Positions 55,110 through 64,000 of a stretch of DNA of 64,000 nucleotides are shown here, piece after piece. The stretch is from Bacteroidota bacterium. GTDB taxonomy: Bacteria > Bacteroidota > Bacteroidia > Palsa-965. Where the stretch lies: assembly GCA_013289095.1 (NCBI GenBank), contig JABDAO010000004.1, positions 1,530 through 65,529 of the forward strand. Reading direction: 5' to 3'. Both the position numbers and the translations under genes were made by a program. Below the pieces are notes generated by a model. It had not been told where the DNA came from. It searched no databases and was given only the letters and a program-made list of their open reading frames with translations. Numbering within the stretch: the stretch's first letter is position 1; every line of letters begins with the position of its first letter.

Positions 55110-56147
55110 ATGGTTCAATTACTGATTTATCTGGCAATAGCGCTTCTCATCATCACGGTGTCTCAGCTTGCTCGTGTATTCGAGCTGGCAGCTGAACTCA
55201 AAGGAGGGCATAAAAACAAACCGACTGAACGGGAAAACCGCAACAACGGGCGTCTCTGGTTGGTTTATCTGGTGGCGTTCTTTAGCTTCATCTTATGGCA
55301 GTTGCTCAACTACGGCCCTCGTACGCTTCCTGAGGCAGCTTCAGAAAGTGGCGTTAAGCTCGACTGGCTTTTCAATTTCAACATGATCATCATCTTTATC
55401 GTATTTATTATTACGCACATCCTGCTGTTCTTCTTTGCTTTCAAATACTATGGAAGAGACAACAACCGCGCTACCTTCTTCCCACACAACAACAAACTGG
55501 AGCTTATCTGGACTTCGGTTCCGGCTGCTGTTCTGGCTGTGATCATATTCCTGGGGCTGAAGCTCTGGACGGAAATCACAACTCCTGCTGATGATACAAA
55601 ATCAGAAGTTATTGAAATCTACACCAAACAATTCGATTTCACTGCCCGTTACGCCGGGAAAGATAATGTACTCGGAAAAGCCAATTACAAACTCGTTATC
55701 GGGGCCAACGTACTTGGTCTTGATTCTGCTGATGTAAACGGACATGATGACAAGATTGTAAAAGGCGAGCTGCACCTTCCGTTGAATAAAGAAATCAGCT
55801 TCAAGATCCGTTCTCAGGATGTGATCCACTCGGTTTACTTCCCTTACCACCGTGCCCAGATGAACTCTGTGCCGGGTATGACCACACTCATCCACTTTAA
55901 ACCGACGATCACTTCGGCCGATATGCGGAAGCGTTTGAAGAACGACAAATTTGATTACTATATTCTGTGTAACAAGATTTGCGGAACCAGTCACTATGCC
56001 ATGAAAATGCTGGTGGTTGTTGATTCGCCCGAAGAGTATGCAGCCTGGTTGGCCAAACAGCCGGAATTCCTGCCGGCTACAGCAAAGACTGCGGCGATAA
56101 CAGAGCCAACGGCTGCTGAACCGAAGAAGGAAGAAAAAGGAATGTAA
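55110..56147 (+). CDS. ctaC: cytochrome c oxidase subunit II
   Basis: 345-aa ORF with N-terminal TM helices. The CuA site is DVIHSVYFP ... CNKICGTSHYAM. Confidence 0.88.
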   Translation: MVQLLIYLAIALLIITVSQLARVFELAAELKGGHKNKPTERENRNNGRLWLVYLVAFFSFILWQLLNYGPRTLPEAASESGVKLDWLFNFNMIIIFIVFIITHILLFFFAFKYYGRDNNRATFFPHNNKLELIWTSVPAAVLAVIIFLGLKLWTEITTPADDTKSEVIEIYTKQFDFTARYAGKDNVLGKANYKLVIGANVLGLDSADVNGHDDKIVKGELHLPLNKEISFKIRSQDVIHSVYFPYHRAQMNSVPGMTTLIHFKPTITSADMRKRLKNDKFDYYILCNKICGTSHYAMKMLVVVDSPEEYAAWLAKQPEFLPATAKTAAITEPTAAEPKKEEKGM

Positions 56148-56179
56148 TTTTTAGTACTGAACGATTAAACTTTAGCAAT

Positions 56180-57991
56180 ATGTCAATGGATATTCACGCA
56201 GTAAACGATCATCACGATGCCCATGCCGATCATGAGCACCATCATGAGGAGTCTTTCGTATCGAAATACGTCTTCAGTATGGACCACAAAACCATTTCCC
56301 GTCAGTTCCTGATCACAGCTGTGGTCATGGCTGTAGTGGGGATGATGATGTCGGTGATGTTTCGTCTTCAGTTGGCTTGGCCTCATGAAGGCTTTGCATT
56401 GACCAACTTTATCCTCGGCGATAAATGGGCCCCGAAAGGAGTCCTCGACCCGAACATGTACATGGCATTGGTTACCCTTCACGGCACCATCATGGTGTTT
56501 ATGGTACTTACCGGCGGTTTGAGCGGGACATTCAGTAACCTGCTCATTCCGTACCAGATTGGTGCACGTGATATGGCTTCGGGTTTTCTGAACATGCTTT
56601 CGTATTGGTTCTTTTTTGCATCCAGCTTGGTGATGTTGTTGTCATGCTTTATCGAAACCGGACCAGCATCCGGAGGTTGGACGGTTTACCCTCCACTTTC
56701 GGCTGTGGCTGAATTCATGCCCGGCTCTGGTTTGGGTATGACCATGTGGCTGGTATCTATGAGCTTGTTCATTGTGTCCTCGCTGCTCGGTGGTTTGAAC
56801 TACATCATTACCGTAATCAACTTCCGGACAAAGGGTATGTCTATGACCCGTCTGCCACTTACGATCTGGGCTTTCTTTATCACTGCCATCCTGGGTGTTC
56901 TCTCTTTCCCGGTTCTGTTCTCTGCAGCCCTGCTGCTCATTTTCGACCGCAGCTTCGGTACCAGTTTCTACCTGAGTGATATTATTGTAAATGGCGCACC
57001 GCTCGAACAAACAGGCGGGAGCCCAATTCTGTACCAACACTTGTTCTGGTTCCTGGGCCACCCCGAGGTGTATATCATCCTCTTGCCGGCCCTGGGCCTT
57101 GCATCCGAAATCATTGCGGTAAACTCACGTAAACCTATTTTCGGTTACCGTGCCATGATCGGGTCTATGCTTGCCATTGGTTTCCTCTCGTTCATCGTTT
57201 GGGGTCACCACATGTTTATCACCGGGATGAACCCATTCCTTGGTTCCGTCTTCGTATTCACCACGCTCTTAATTGCCATTCCTTCGGCTGTAAAAGCGTT
57301 TAATTACATTACTACGCTGTGGAAGGGGAACATCCAATTTACGCCGGCCATGCTGTTTGCGATCGGTCTGGTTTCTACGTTTATCTCCGGTGGTGTAACC
57401 GGTATCATCCTGGCCGACTCGGCACTGGATATTCCGATTCACGATACGTATTTTGTTGTTGCCCACTTCCATATTGTAATGGGGCTTTCGGCTATTCTGG
57501 GTATGATTGGCGGAGTATATCACTGGTTTCCGAAATTGTTTCTGCGTAAGATGAACAAGACCATGGGTTATATCCACTTCTGGATAACATTTGTTTGTGC
57601 ATACGGCGTATTCTTCCCGATGCACTTCCTGGGTCTTGCCGGGGTGCCCCGTCGTTATTACACGAACTCAGAGGTGCCGATGTTCGACAATCTGATGGAT
57701 ATCAACGTGCTCATCACTTGTTTTGCCATCGTCGGCGCTTTAGGTCAGCTGATCTTCCTATTCAACTTCTTCTATAGTATCTTCAGAGGAGAAAAAGCGG
57801 AGCAAAACCCTTACAACTCGAATACACTCGAGTGGACTACACCCATGGCACATACCCACGGTAACTGGCCAGGGGCATTACCTGTTGTTCACCGCTGGCC
57901 TTATGATTACAGCAAACCCGGCGAAGAAGCTGATTTTATTCCTCAAACGGTTCCGCTCAGACCTGGTGAGGTTGATGGCGGTGGCCATTAA
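56180..57991 (+). CDS. ctaD: cytochrome c oxidase subunit I
   Basis: 603-aa ORF with the haem-copper oxidase signatures LFWFLGHPEVYI, VWGHHMF and VVAHFHIVM. Confidence 0.95.
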   Translation: MSMDIHAVNDHHDAHADHEHHHEESFVSKYVFSMDHKTISRQFLITAVVMAVVGMMMSVMFRLQLAWPHEGFALTNFILGDKWAPKGVLDPNMYMALVTLHGTIMVFMVLTGGLSGTFSNLLIPYQIGARDMASGFLNMLSYWFFFASSLVMLLSCFIETGPASGGWTVYPPLSAVAEFMPGSGLGMTMWLVSMSLFIVSSLLGGLNYIITVINFRTKGMSMTRLPLTIWAFFITAILGVLSFPVLFSAALLLIFDRSFGTSFYLSDIIVNGAPLEQTGGSPILYQHLFWFLGHPEVYIILLPALGLASEIIAVNSRKPIFGYRAMIGSMLAIGFLSFIVWGHHMFITGMNPFLGSVFVFTTLLIAIPSAVKAFNYITTLWKGNIQFTPAMLFAIGLVSTFISGGVTGIILADSALDIPIHDTYFVVAHFHIVMGLSAILGMIGGVYHWFPKLFLRKMNKTMGYIHFWITFVCAYGVFFPMHFLGLAGVPRRYYTNSEVPMFDNLMDINVLITCFAIVGALGQLIFLFNFFYSIFRGEKAEQNPYNSNTLEWTTPMAHTHGNWPGALPVVHRWPYDYSKPGEEADFIPQTVPLRPGEVDGGGH

Positions 57992-58013
57992 CTGAATCGG
58001 TCATGAACCAATA

Positions 58014-58050
58014 AAAGAAAGTCCCAATCAGTATTGGGACTTTCTTTTTG
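58014..58050 (+). terminator. rho-independent terminator of the act-cta operon
   Basis: AAAGAAAGTCCCAAT (58014-28) pairs perfectly with ATTGGGACTTTCTTT (58033-47). The loop is CAGT, followed by TTG. Confidence 0.85.
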
Positions 58051-58080
58051 CCGGAATCTGTCTTTCAGGTGCTGGGCTGA

Positions 58081-58252
58081 CCTATAATCCGGGATTTTGC
58101 ATTAGCCGTTCAACAGGCTAATGCAACGTGCGTTAGGCCTGTGAGGGTCCCGATGGCTCAGATAGACATCGGGAGACGGTTGTCACGCGGGCCAGCAGGA
58201 CTGATGGCTTTTTGAGCGTAAAGACGTGTTTCCGATGCATGAAGCGGGATAA
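58081..58252 (-). repeat. core repeat, copy E
   Basis: The reverse complement reads TTATCCCGCTTCATGCATCGGAAACACGTCTTTACGCTCAAAAAGCC...CCCGATGTCTATCTGAGCCATCGGG...TTGCATTAGCCTGTTGAACGGCTAATGCAAAATCCCGGATTATAGG. It ends ~40 nt upstream of the 58294 start. Confidence 0.8.
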
Positions 58253-58293
58253 TTACTGCCGGGAGAAAATTACCTTTACCGGAAGAATCACAC

Positions 58294-59004
58294 ATGAACA
58301 ACGGCTTCTGCAAAAAGCACTTCAATACAGCTGTCCATAAAACAGGAGTGTGCTTCTTTTTGTTTCTGTTTCTTGTCGGGTTCCCTGTGTCCTTCCAGGC
58401 CCAGACACCGATGATGGACACCCTGCTCTCGGCATTTCATTATCGCCCCAAACCCAGCTTCGATTTCGGTACGCGCAACTCGTTTGTTCAAAACAGCAGG
58501 GCTGATATCTGGGGCATTAAACTAGGGGTCTCGTTTCACAAACGCGTTCGTATCTATGCAGGTTATAATTATATGACCTCAGATCTTCAAGCTCCCTATG
58601 CTTTCATGGGCGATGGAAAACTTCAGGAGGTTACGCTGCACATGAAACTTAATTATGGGGCAGTCTGTTTTGAATATGTGTACTATAAAACAAAGCATTG
58701 GGAATTCAGCCTTCCGCTACAACTTGGAATCGGGGAGTCAAGATATCAATATGCCTATGAGGGAACGCTGCGCAACCGGGATGGGGGTTTGATAATTCTT
58801 TACGAGCCCATGGTAGCCACCGAATACTATATCTTTCCCTGGCTCGGAGTAGAGGTAGATGTTGGCTTGAGACTGATGCTCAGGAACAACTCTGCCATAA
58901 ACAAAGAATTTAACGGTCCGATGTATGCATTTGGTTTGTTTCTGGCTTACGATGAGCTGTATAAGGCCTTGTTCCCGCATTCAAGGCTCGCACAACAGAT
59001 GTAA
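58294..59004 (+). CDS. hypothetical outer-membrane beta-barrel-like protein
   Basis: 236-aa ORF with a signal peptide (VCFFLFLFLVGFPVSFQAQ) and alternating beta-strand-like composition. Confidence 0.6.
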   Translation: MNNGFCKKHFNTAVHKTGVCFFLFLFLVGFPVSFQAQTPMMDTLLSAFHYRPKPSFDFGTRNSFVQNSRADIWGIKLGVSFHKRVRIYAGYNYMTSDLQAPYAFMGDGKLQEVTLHMKLNYGAVCFEYVYYKTKHWEFSLPLQLGIGESRYQYAYEGTLRNRDGGLIILYEPMVATEYYIFPWLGVEVDVGLRLMLRNNSAINKEFNGPMYAFGLFLAYDELYKALFPHSRLAQQM

Positions 59005-59351
59005 GTTGCAGACGATTTTTATTCTGTTTGTATCGCTTCCCTGGGCTGATGTTCTGTGGTATCTGATTCCATGAAATTAAAGGTATCTGTTCCTTACCCG
59101 AAAGTTGCCGAAGAACGAACACCCTGGTCATGCGAACACATGGAATCATAAAGTATGAAAGCAATCTGTTTGTGTTGTATCGGTAAACTCAGGCAGTTAG
59201 GAAGTGCCGGGAGTGAGGGGTAAGTGCTGAGAAGTGACTCCGCAAGGCCATAACCTGTTTCAAATACCGGGGTACAAGACACCGCTTTTTGATCCAATTT
59301 ATCTCCGGGTTTGAAATAGGATTAAATTATCTTTTGTACATTAGTTGCGCG

Positions 59352-59753
59352 ATGAAACATCACCTCAAGTCATCTGTTCTTACAGTGCTCTCAGCTTTGC
59401 TGGTCATTCTTACATTTGGACAGGCCACGGTGCCGGCTGAAGGCTTGCCCGGAAAATGGACCATGTGCTACGATGGTTCCTTTTCTGCAACACACCGGTG
59501 CAATAATAAAGTACCCATTGATTGTCTTTTTGACAAAAACGGTCACTTCAAAATAAAAGTGGGGAATATGACCAGAAAGGGAAGATATGACCTCAACGGA
59601 ACCAGCCTCTTGCTCAAGTATGACAAAACAGGCAACCTGACTGGGGATAAAACAGAACAAACAATTGTTTGGATAGACCGAAATCATTTCTATTCCCAGG
59701 AAGAGCAAGGACATCGGGGCACTGTTTATTGTTATTTTGAACGCATTCAATAA
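59352..59753 (+). CDS. hypothetical secreted small protein
   Basis: The ORF track starts at TTG 59289. The Met at 59352 gives the signal peptide MKHHLKSSVLTVLSALLVILTFGQA. Confidence 0.55.
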   Translation: MKHHLKSSVLTVLSALLVILTFGQATVPAEGLPGKWTMCYDGSFSATHRCNNKVPIDCLFDKNGHFKIKVGNMTRKGRYDLNGTSLLLKYDKTGNLTGDKTEQTIVWIDRNHFYSQEEQGHRGTVYCYFERIQ

Positions 59754-59922
59754 CAGCACCATTTACCACACAACAGCCCTGGCAAACACCCGAATAATTG
59801 TGGTTCGGATTCACCCCCTATAGGCTTCCCTGGAACAGGGACATCGCCTGATCGATACTACAACAGGGGCTACGCATAATTCACGTAACTTTACAGCTAC
59901 TAATCCAGTCACTCTTCCTTGA

Positions 59923-60954
59923 ATGAATCCAAATGTAGACCCTGCCAGCGAAAATCTCAGTCCTGCTGAAAAGGAGGTGGAAAAGATGTTACGTCCTCAG
60001 GAGTTTGAGGACTTTGCCGGGCAGGATGCCGTAGTCGAAAACCTGCGTGTGTTTGTGCAGGCCGCCAAACAACGCGGAGAAGCCCTGGATCATGTGCTCC
60101 TGCATGGCCCTCCCGGTCTTGGAAAGACTACTCTTGCCAATATCATTGCACAGGAGCTCGGTGTAAGCATCCGTGTGACTTCCGGGCCTGTTCTCGACAA
60201 ACCCGGTGATCTGGCAGGCCTGCTGACCAATCTCGAAAAATTCGACGTTCTCTTTATCGATGAAATACATCGTCTGAGCCCGGTTGTGGAAGAATACCTG
60301 TACTCGGCCATGGAAGACTACCGCATTGATATCATGCTCGACAGTGGACCCAATGCCCGTAGTGTACAGATTAAACTCAATCCGTTTACACTGGTTGGTG
60401 CAACTACCCGTTCCGGACTTCTTACTTCACCGTTGCGGGCCCGGTTTGGGATCACCTCCCGTCTTAACTATTACGATTCAAAACTGCTCACCCATATCAT
60501 TCAACGTTCGGCTGAAATCCTGAAAGTAGAAATACAACCCGATGCAGCATTCGAACTCGCACGCCGCAGCCGGGGCACACCGCGCATAGCCAACGCCCTG
60601 CTCCGGCGTGTGCGCGACTTTGCCCAGATCAAGGGCGATGGAACCATCGATATGGAAATTGCGCACTATGGTTTAAGTGCATTGAATGTCGACAAAAACG
60701 GTTTGGACGAGATGGACATCCGTATTCTTTCTGCATTGATCGATAAATTCAAAGGAGGCCCTGTTGGCCTCACCACCATCTCAACCGCAGTAGGCGAAGA
60801 AGCCGGTACCATTGAGGAGGTGTATGAACCTTTTCTGATCCAGGAGGGATACCTCATCCGTACGCCTCGCGGAAGACAAGCCACAGAACAGGCTTACAAA
60901 CACCTGGGAAGAATGCCCGGATCAAACCGCGGTACGTTGTTTGGTGAAGAATAA
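59923..60954 (+). CDS. ruvB: Holliday junction branch-migration helicase RuvB
   Basis: 343-aa ORF with Walker [12 protein letters not shown], Walker [11 protein letters not shown] and sensor [16 protein letters not shown]. Confidence 0.95.
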   Translation: MNPNVDPASENLSPAEKEVEKMLRPQEFEDFAGQDAVVENLRVFVQAAKQRGEALDHVLLHGPPGLGKTTLANIIAQELGVSIRVTSGPVLDKPGDLAGLLTNLEKFDVLFIDEIHRLSPVVEEYLYSAMEDYRIDIMLDSGPNARSVQIKLNPFTLVGATTRSGLLTSPLRARFGITSRLNYYDSKLLTHIIQRSAEILKVEIQPDAAFELARRSRGTPRIANALLRRVRDFAQIKGDGTIDMEIAHYGLSALNVDKNGLDEMDIRILSALIDKFKGGPVGLTTISTAVGEEAGTIEEVYEPFLIQEGYLIRTPRGRQATEQAYKHLGRMPGSNRGTLFGEE

Positions 60955-61002
60955 TTTCTACAACCCGAACATCCACCCCAGACCAGCCACAAAGCCGATT
61001 AC

Positions 61003-61932
61003 ATGTCGCAAGCCACTCATACCGCACTGATCAAAGCTGAGGCAAAACGTCTTGGCTTCGACTTTTGTGGCGTAGCAAAGGCCGGATTTCTTGAGGAAGA
61101 AGCGCCCAGGCTCGAAACCTGGCTCAACGGGAACAAGCACGGACAGATGCATTACATGGCCAACCACTTCGACAAACGACTTGACCCTCGGTTGCTTGTG
61201 GATGGGGCACGTTCTGTGGTTTCCTTGCTCCTGAATTATTACCCCTCCCAGACTCAAACCGATGATTCTGCTCCAAAAATCTCCAAGTATGCGTATGGTC
61301 TGGATTACCATTTTGTGATCAAAGAAAAACTCCGGTCGCTCTACGCGTTTATTCAGGAGGAAATCGGAGAAGTAGACGGAAGGGTTTTTGTAGACTCGGC
61401 TCCCGTAATGGACAAGGTCTGGGCTAAACAGGCCGGAGCGGGCTGGGTGGGAAAGAACTCGAACTTGATCAACAAAGGCAATGGATCTTTTTTTTTCATT
61501 GCCGAACTGATACTAAACCTTGATCTGGAGTATGACGGGCCTGTACCCGATTATTGTGGCACCTGCACCCGCTGCATCGATGCATGCCCTACCGATGCCA
61601 TTTCTGAACCCTATGTAGTGGATGGAAGTAAATGTATTTCGTATTTCACCATCGAACTGAAAGAAAACCTTCCGGCTGAAATGAAAGGGAAGTTCGATAA
61701 CTGGGCCTTTGGCTGTGATATCTGCCAGGATGTTTGCCCCTGGAACCGTTTTTCGAAAGCACATCAGGAACCTCAGTTCCGGCCCCGGGAAGGCTTGTTG
61801 GACATGACAGCCAGACAATGGGAAGAAATGACAGAAGATGTGTTCCGAAAAGTCTTTAAAGATTCGGCCGTGAAACGTACCGGATATAAGGGGCTGAAAA
61901 GGAATGTGGAATTCCTGAAGATGCCAACCTGA
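61003..61932 (+). CDS. queG: epoxyqueuosine reductase QueG
   Basis: 309-aa ORF with ferredoxin motifs [16 protein letters not shown] and [11 protein letters not shown] in a QueG-typical context. Confidence 0.9.
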   Translation: MSQATHTALIKAEAKRLGFDFCGVAKAGFLEEEAPRLETWLNGNKHGQMHYMANHFDKRLDPRLLVDGARSVVSLLLNYYPSQTQTDDSAPKISKYAYGLDYHFVIKEKLRSLYAFIQEEIGEVDGRVFVDSAPVMDKVWAKQAGAGWVGKNSNLINKGNGSFFFIAELILNLDLEYDGPVPDYCGTCTRCIDACPTDAISEPYVVDGSKCISYFTIELKENLPAEMKGKFDNWAFGCDICQDVCPWNRFSKAHQEPQFRPREGLLDMTARQWEEMTEDVFRKVFKDSAVKRTGYKGLKRNVEFLKMPT

Positions 61933-62067
61933 CTACAATTGCCGTATAGAACCAACCCCGGTAAGACAGCAAGAAAAAAAGCGCTTAAAGCAAAATGCTT
62001 TGCCACTCTTCACGAAGAATGGAAGATAAATCAACGTGAAGCTGGCTTGTTCAGCAAACCGGCATGC

Positions 62068-62331
62068 TCACACCTTGGTAACGCTCGTATAGACATCCAG
62101 GATAATATCTTTGTACATGTGCCCGAAGGTGGCCAGGGCCCAGACCTTGAGTATCATGGTATCCTGGGGCTGCAGCCATTTGATGGCTTTGCTGAGTTCT
62201 TTGCGGAACAATAGTTTATCAAAACTAACTTTCTCCAGAATGGTTTTGCTCATATCGAGCATTGCCACAGTTGTCTCTTTCATCATCGCGAACAAATTAG
62301 GGGATAGGACATCCGTGAAATTTGGGTGCAA
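62068..62331 (-). CDS. hypothetical small helical protein
   Basis: 87-aa ORF with more protein-like composition than the overlapping plus-strand ORFs. No motif recognised. Confidence 0.4.
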   Translation of the reverse strand: MHPNFTDVLSPNLFAMMKETTVAMLDMSKTILEKVSFDKLLFRKELSKAIKWLQPQDTMILKVWALATFGHMYKDIILDVYTSVTKV

Positions 62332-62490
62332 GTATATAAACGGATTGAAAACTGACTATGTTTCAACTGTTAACTCTTTTTTATGTTTTTTTATGAATTT
62401 GATCAACCCGGCCTGGATGGGGTATTGGGCCTGAGGAGTACAGAAATCGGGTAAAGCTTAGCTTATCCTGTAGCCCAGTTGAAGAAGTTT

Positions 62491-63066
62491 TTAAACTTTT
62501 TCGGCTCCCCAACGGTAGGTATCGAGTGTCAAGCCTGCAAGCCCCAGGGCCCGGTCGATCACGGTTGCAGCCAGCTCTTCCATGGTTTTCGGTTTGCTGT
62601 AAAAGGAAGGGCTTGCCGGGCAGATGATGCCTCCGGCCTCGGTAATGGTCTTCATATTGTTGAGATGGATCAGGCTCAAGGGTGTCTCTCGGCTGATCAG
62701 GATCAGCTTCCTGCGTTCCTTGAGGATGACATCTGCTGCTCTCGTAGTCAGATCGTTCGAAATGCCTGTTGCAATCCTGGCCAGTGCTCCCATCGAACAG
62801 GGGCAGATAATCATCGTGTCATAACCGGCTGAGCCCGAAGCAAAAGGAGCAAAAAAATCGCTCTTTTTATAGTTTGGAAAATGGATGCGTTCATAGTCTC
62901 TGTTGCCCAGCTCATACTCCCACACATCCTTGGCATTGTCTGACATAACTACCCCAACTTCTTCAATCTGTCCGCTCATTGCCCACAACTTGTCGAGCAA
63001 TACTTTTGCATACACCGCTCCGCTTGCTCCGGTTATTGCTACTACGATTTTCTTTTTTTGACTCAT
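62491..63066 (-). CDS. ubiX: flavin prenyltransferase UbiX
   Basis: 191-aa ORF. KKIVVAITGASGAVYA ... MIICPCSMGALARIATG ... is the UbiX/Pad1 pattern. Confidence 0.9.
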   Translation of the reverse strand: MSQKKKIVVAITGASGAVYAKVLLDKLWAMSGQIEEVGVVMSDNAKDVWEYELGNRDYERIHFPNYKKSDFFAPFASGSAGYDTMIICPCSMGALARIATGISNDLTTRAADVILKERRKLILISRETPLSLIHLNNMKTITEAGGIICPASPSFYSKPKTMEELAATVIDRALGLAGLTLDTYRWGAEKV

Positions 63067-63172
63067 GCTAAAAACCCATTCAGCCGTTAATAATTCTGAT
63101 GGATAGTAAAGGTACAGAAATTCACTGGTGTTTTCAATATGGGCACATGCCTGGCTGAATGAGCTTGAAACG

Positions 63173-63204
63173 AAAAAGCCATCCGGGTGGGGGGATGGCT
63201 TTTT
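63173..63204 (-). terminator. rho-independent terminator after yceI-like gene
   Basis: AAAAAGCCATCC pairs with GGATGGCTTTTT, with T runs on both strands. Confidence 0.7.
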
Positions 63205-63227
63205 CTGATTTGAATGTATTTTTAAGT

Positions 63228-63776
63228 CTACTTTTTCTTCAGGAGTTCAGCTTTCACGGTCAATTCCATGGCTTCGGCAAATTTGTTCCCAACAGCTTCC
63301 GGAATTTTGATGTCATGGTCTTTCATGGCCACATTGAATTTTGAATCAATGGTAATGATATCGCCCTTGATAACCAGGGTTCCTTCAATCTTCCTCGGTT
63401 TTTTTACCCCGTGCACATCCAATGTCCCATCCATGGTTATTTTGTACGTTCCATCTTTCGAGTAATCAATTTTCTCAACGATTTTTCCCTTGAATGAGCA
63501 ATAAGGAAATTTTTCAGTTTCCATATAATTCTCATTGTAGTGTTCTTGCATCAAACCGCTTTTAAATACAAAACCTTTGTTGCTCACCTGCGCTACAAAT
63601 TCACCCGTTTCTGATTTCAGTACAACAGCTTTTGTGATGGTGTTGGTGGCAGCGATATCCTCCATCGAGGTATGCGAATAAAACGAGATGACGGTTTTAT
63701 CTGTACCCACATAATTTTGGGCAGAGATCATCAAGCCGCAAGAGAGACTAAAACTGAGGAGGATGACTTTTTTCAT
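63228..63776 (-). CDS. YceI-family periplasmic protein
   Basis: 182-aa ORF with a signal peptide. ISFYSHTSMEDIAATN ... LDVHGVKKPRKIEGTL is typical of the YceI lipocalin-like fold. Confidence 0.85.
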   Translation of the reverse strand: MKKVILLSFSLSCGLMISAQNYVGTDKTVISFYSHTSMEDIAATNTITKAVVLKSETGEFVAQVSNKGFVFKSGLMQEHYNENYMETEKFPYCSFKGKIVEKIDYSKDGTYKITMDGTLDVHGVKKPRKIEGTLVIKGDIITIDSKFNVAMKDHDIKIPEAVGNKFAEAMELTVKAELLKKK

Positions 63777-64000
63777 ATAGATGTGGATTTGGTTTTATGG
63801 GTTTATGCAAGATACAGGCCAAAAATAACGATTCCTTCTTATCCGGCTCTTTTTTTTCAGAGCATCAACCGCCCTGATCAGATTCATTTCTGTAAACGCC
63901 TCAAACCGATTCGGAAGCTGGCTCTTTACAACGAATAAAAATCTGCTGTGATCATCACAAATATAGATTTTTTTTTGAATGAGGTAAAAAGGAATGTTTG

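Noticed and set aside
54222-55118. 298-aa antisense ORF across actF
   Set aside because: It is antisense to a conserved operon gene and has no recognisable domain.

Overview
This 64-kb chromosomal segment looks like a Bacteroidota genome. It carries T9SS cargo with type A and type B C-terminal sorting domains, a PorP/SprF gene, a 2851-aa SprB-repeat adhesin, a TonB-dependent receptor, SPOR/HU-CCDC81 proteins and an alternative complex III + caa3 oxidase cluster. About 45 protein genes can be supported. They include housekeeping genes (hemJ-like, dprA, kbl, ruvB, queG, ubiX, actABCDEF, cytochrome oxidase II/I, 3-hydroxyanthranilate dioxygenase). There is also an ArsR-TauE-MBL/rhodanese-rhodanese sulfur operon, an ECF sigma/anti-sigma pair, a two-component pair and an XRE-S24 regulator. 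I saw no rRNA, tRNA, CRISPR array, cas gene, transposase, integrase or reverse transcriptase. The most unusual content is non-coding. (1) A ~140-175 nt structured repeat ('core') occurs five times, always intergenic. (2) Several tandem arrays all have a 21-nt (or 42-nt) period but different unit sequences. (3) Two paralogous composite loci (module + core + 21-nt array + conserved ~80-nt segment) lie in inverted orientation around a 17.5-kb block that holds the sulfur operon and the giant adhesin, and the core is flipped between the two loci. (4) There is a separate ~380-bp MITE-like element and at least three REP-like hairpin families. All calls rest on reading the sequence and ORF translations by eye. 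No database search, alignment program or RNA-folding program was available, so family names are recognition-based and identities are approximate.
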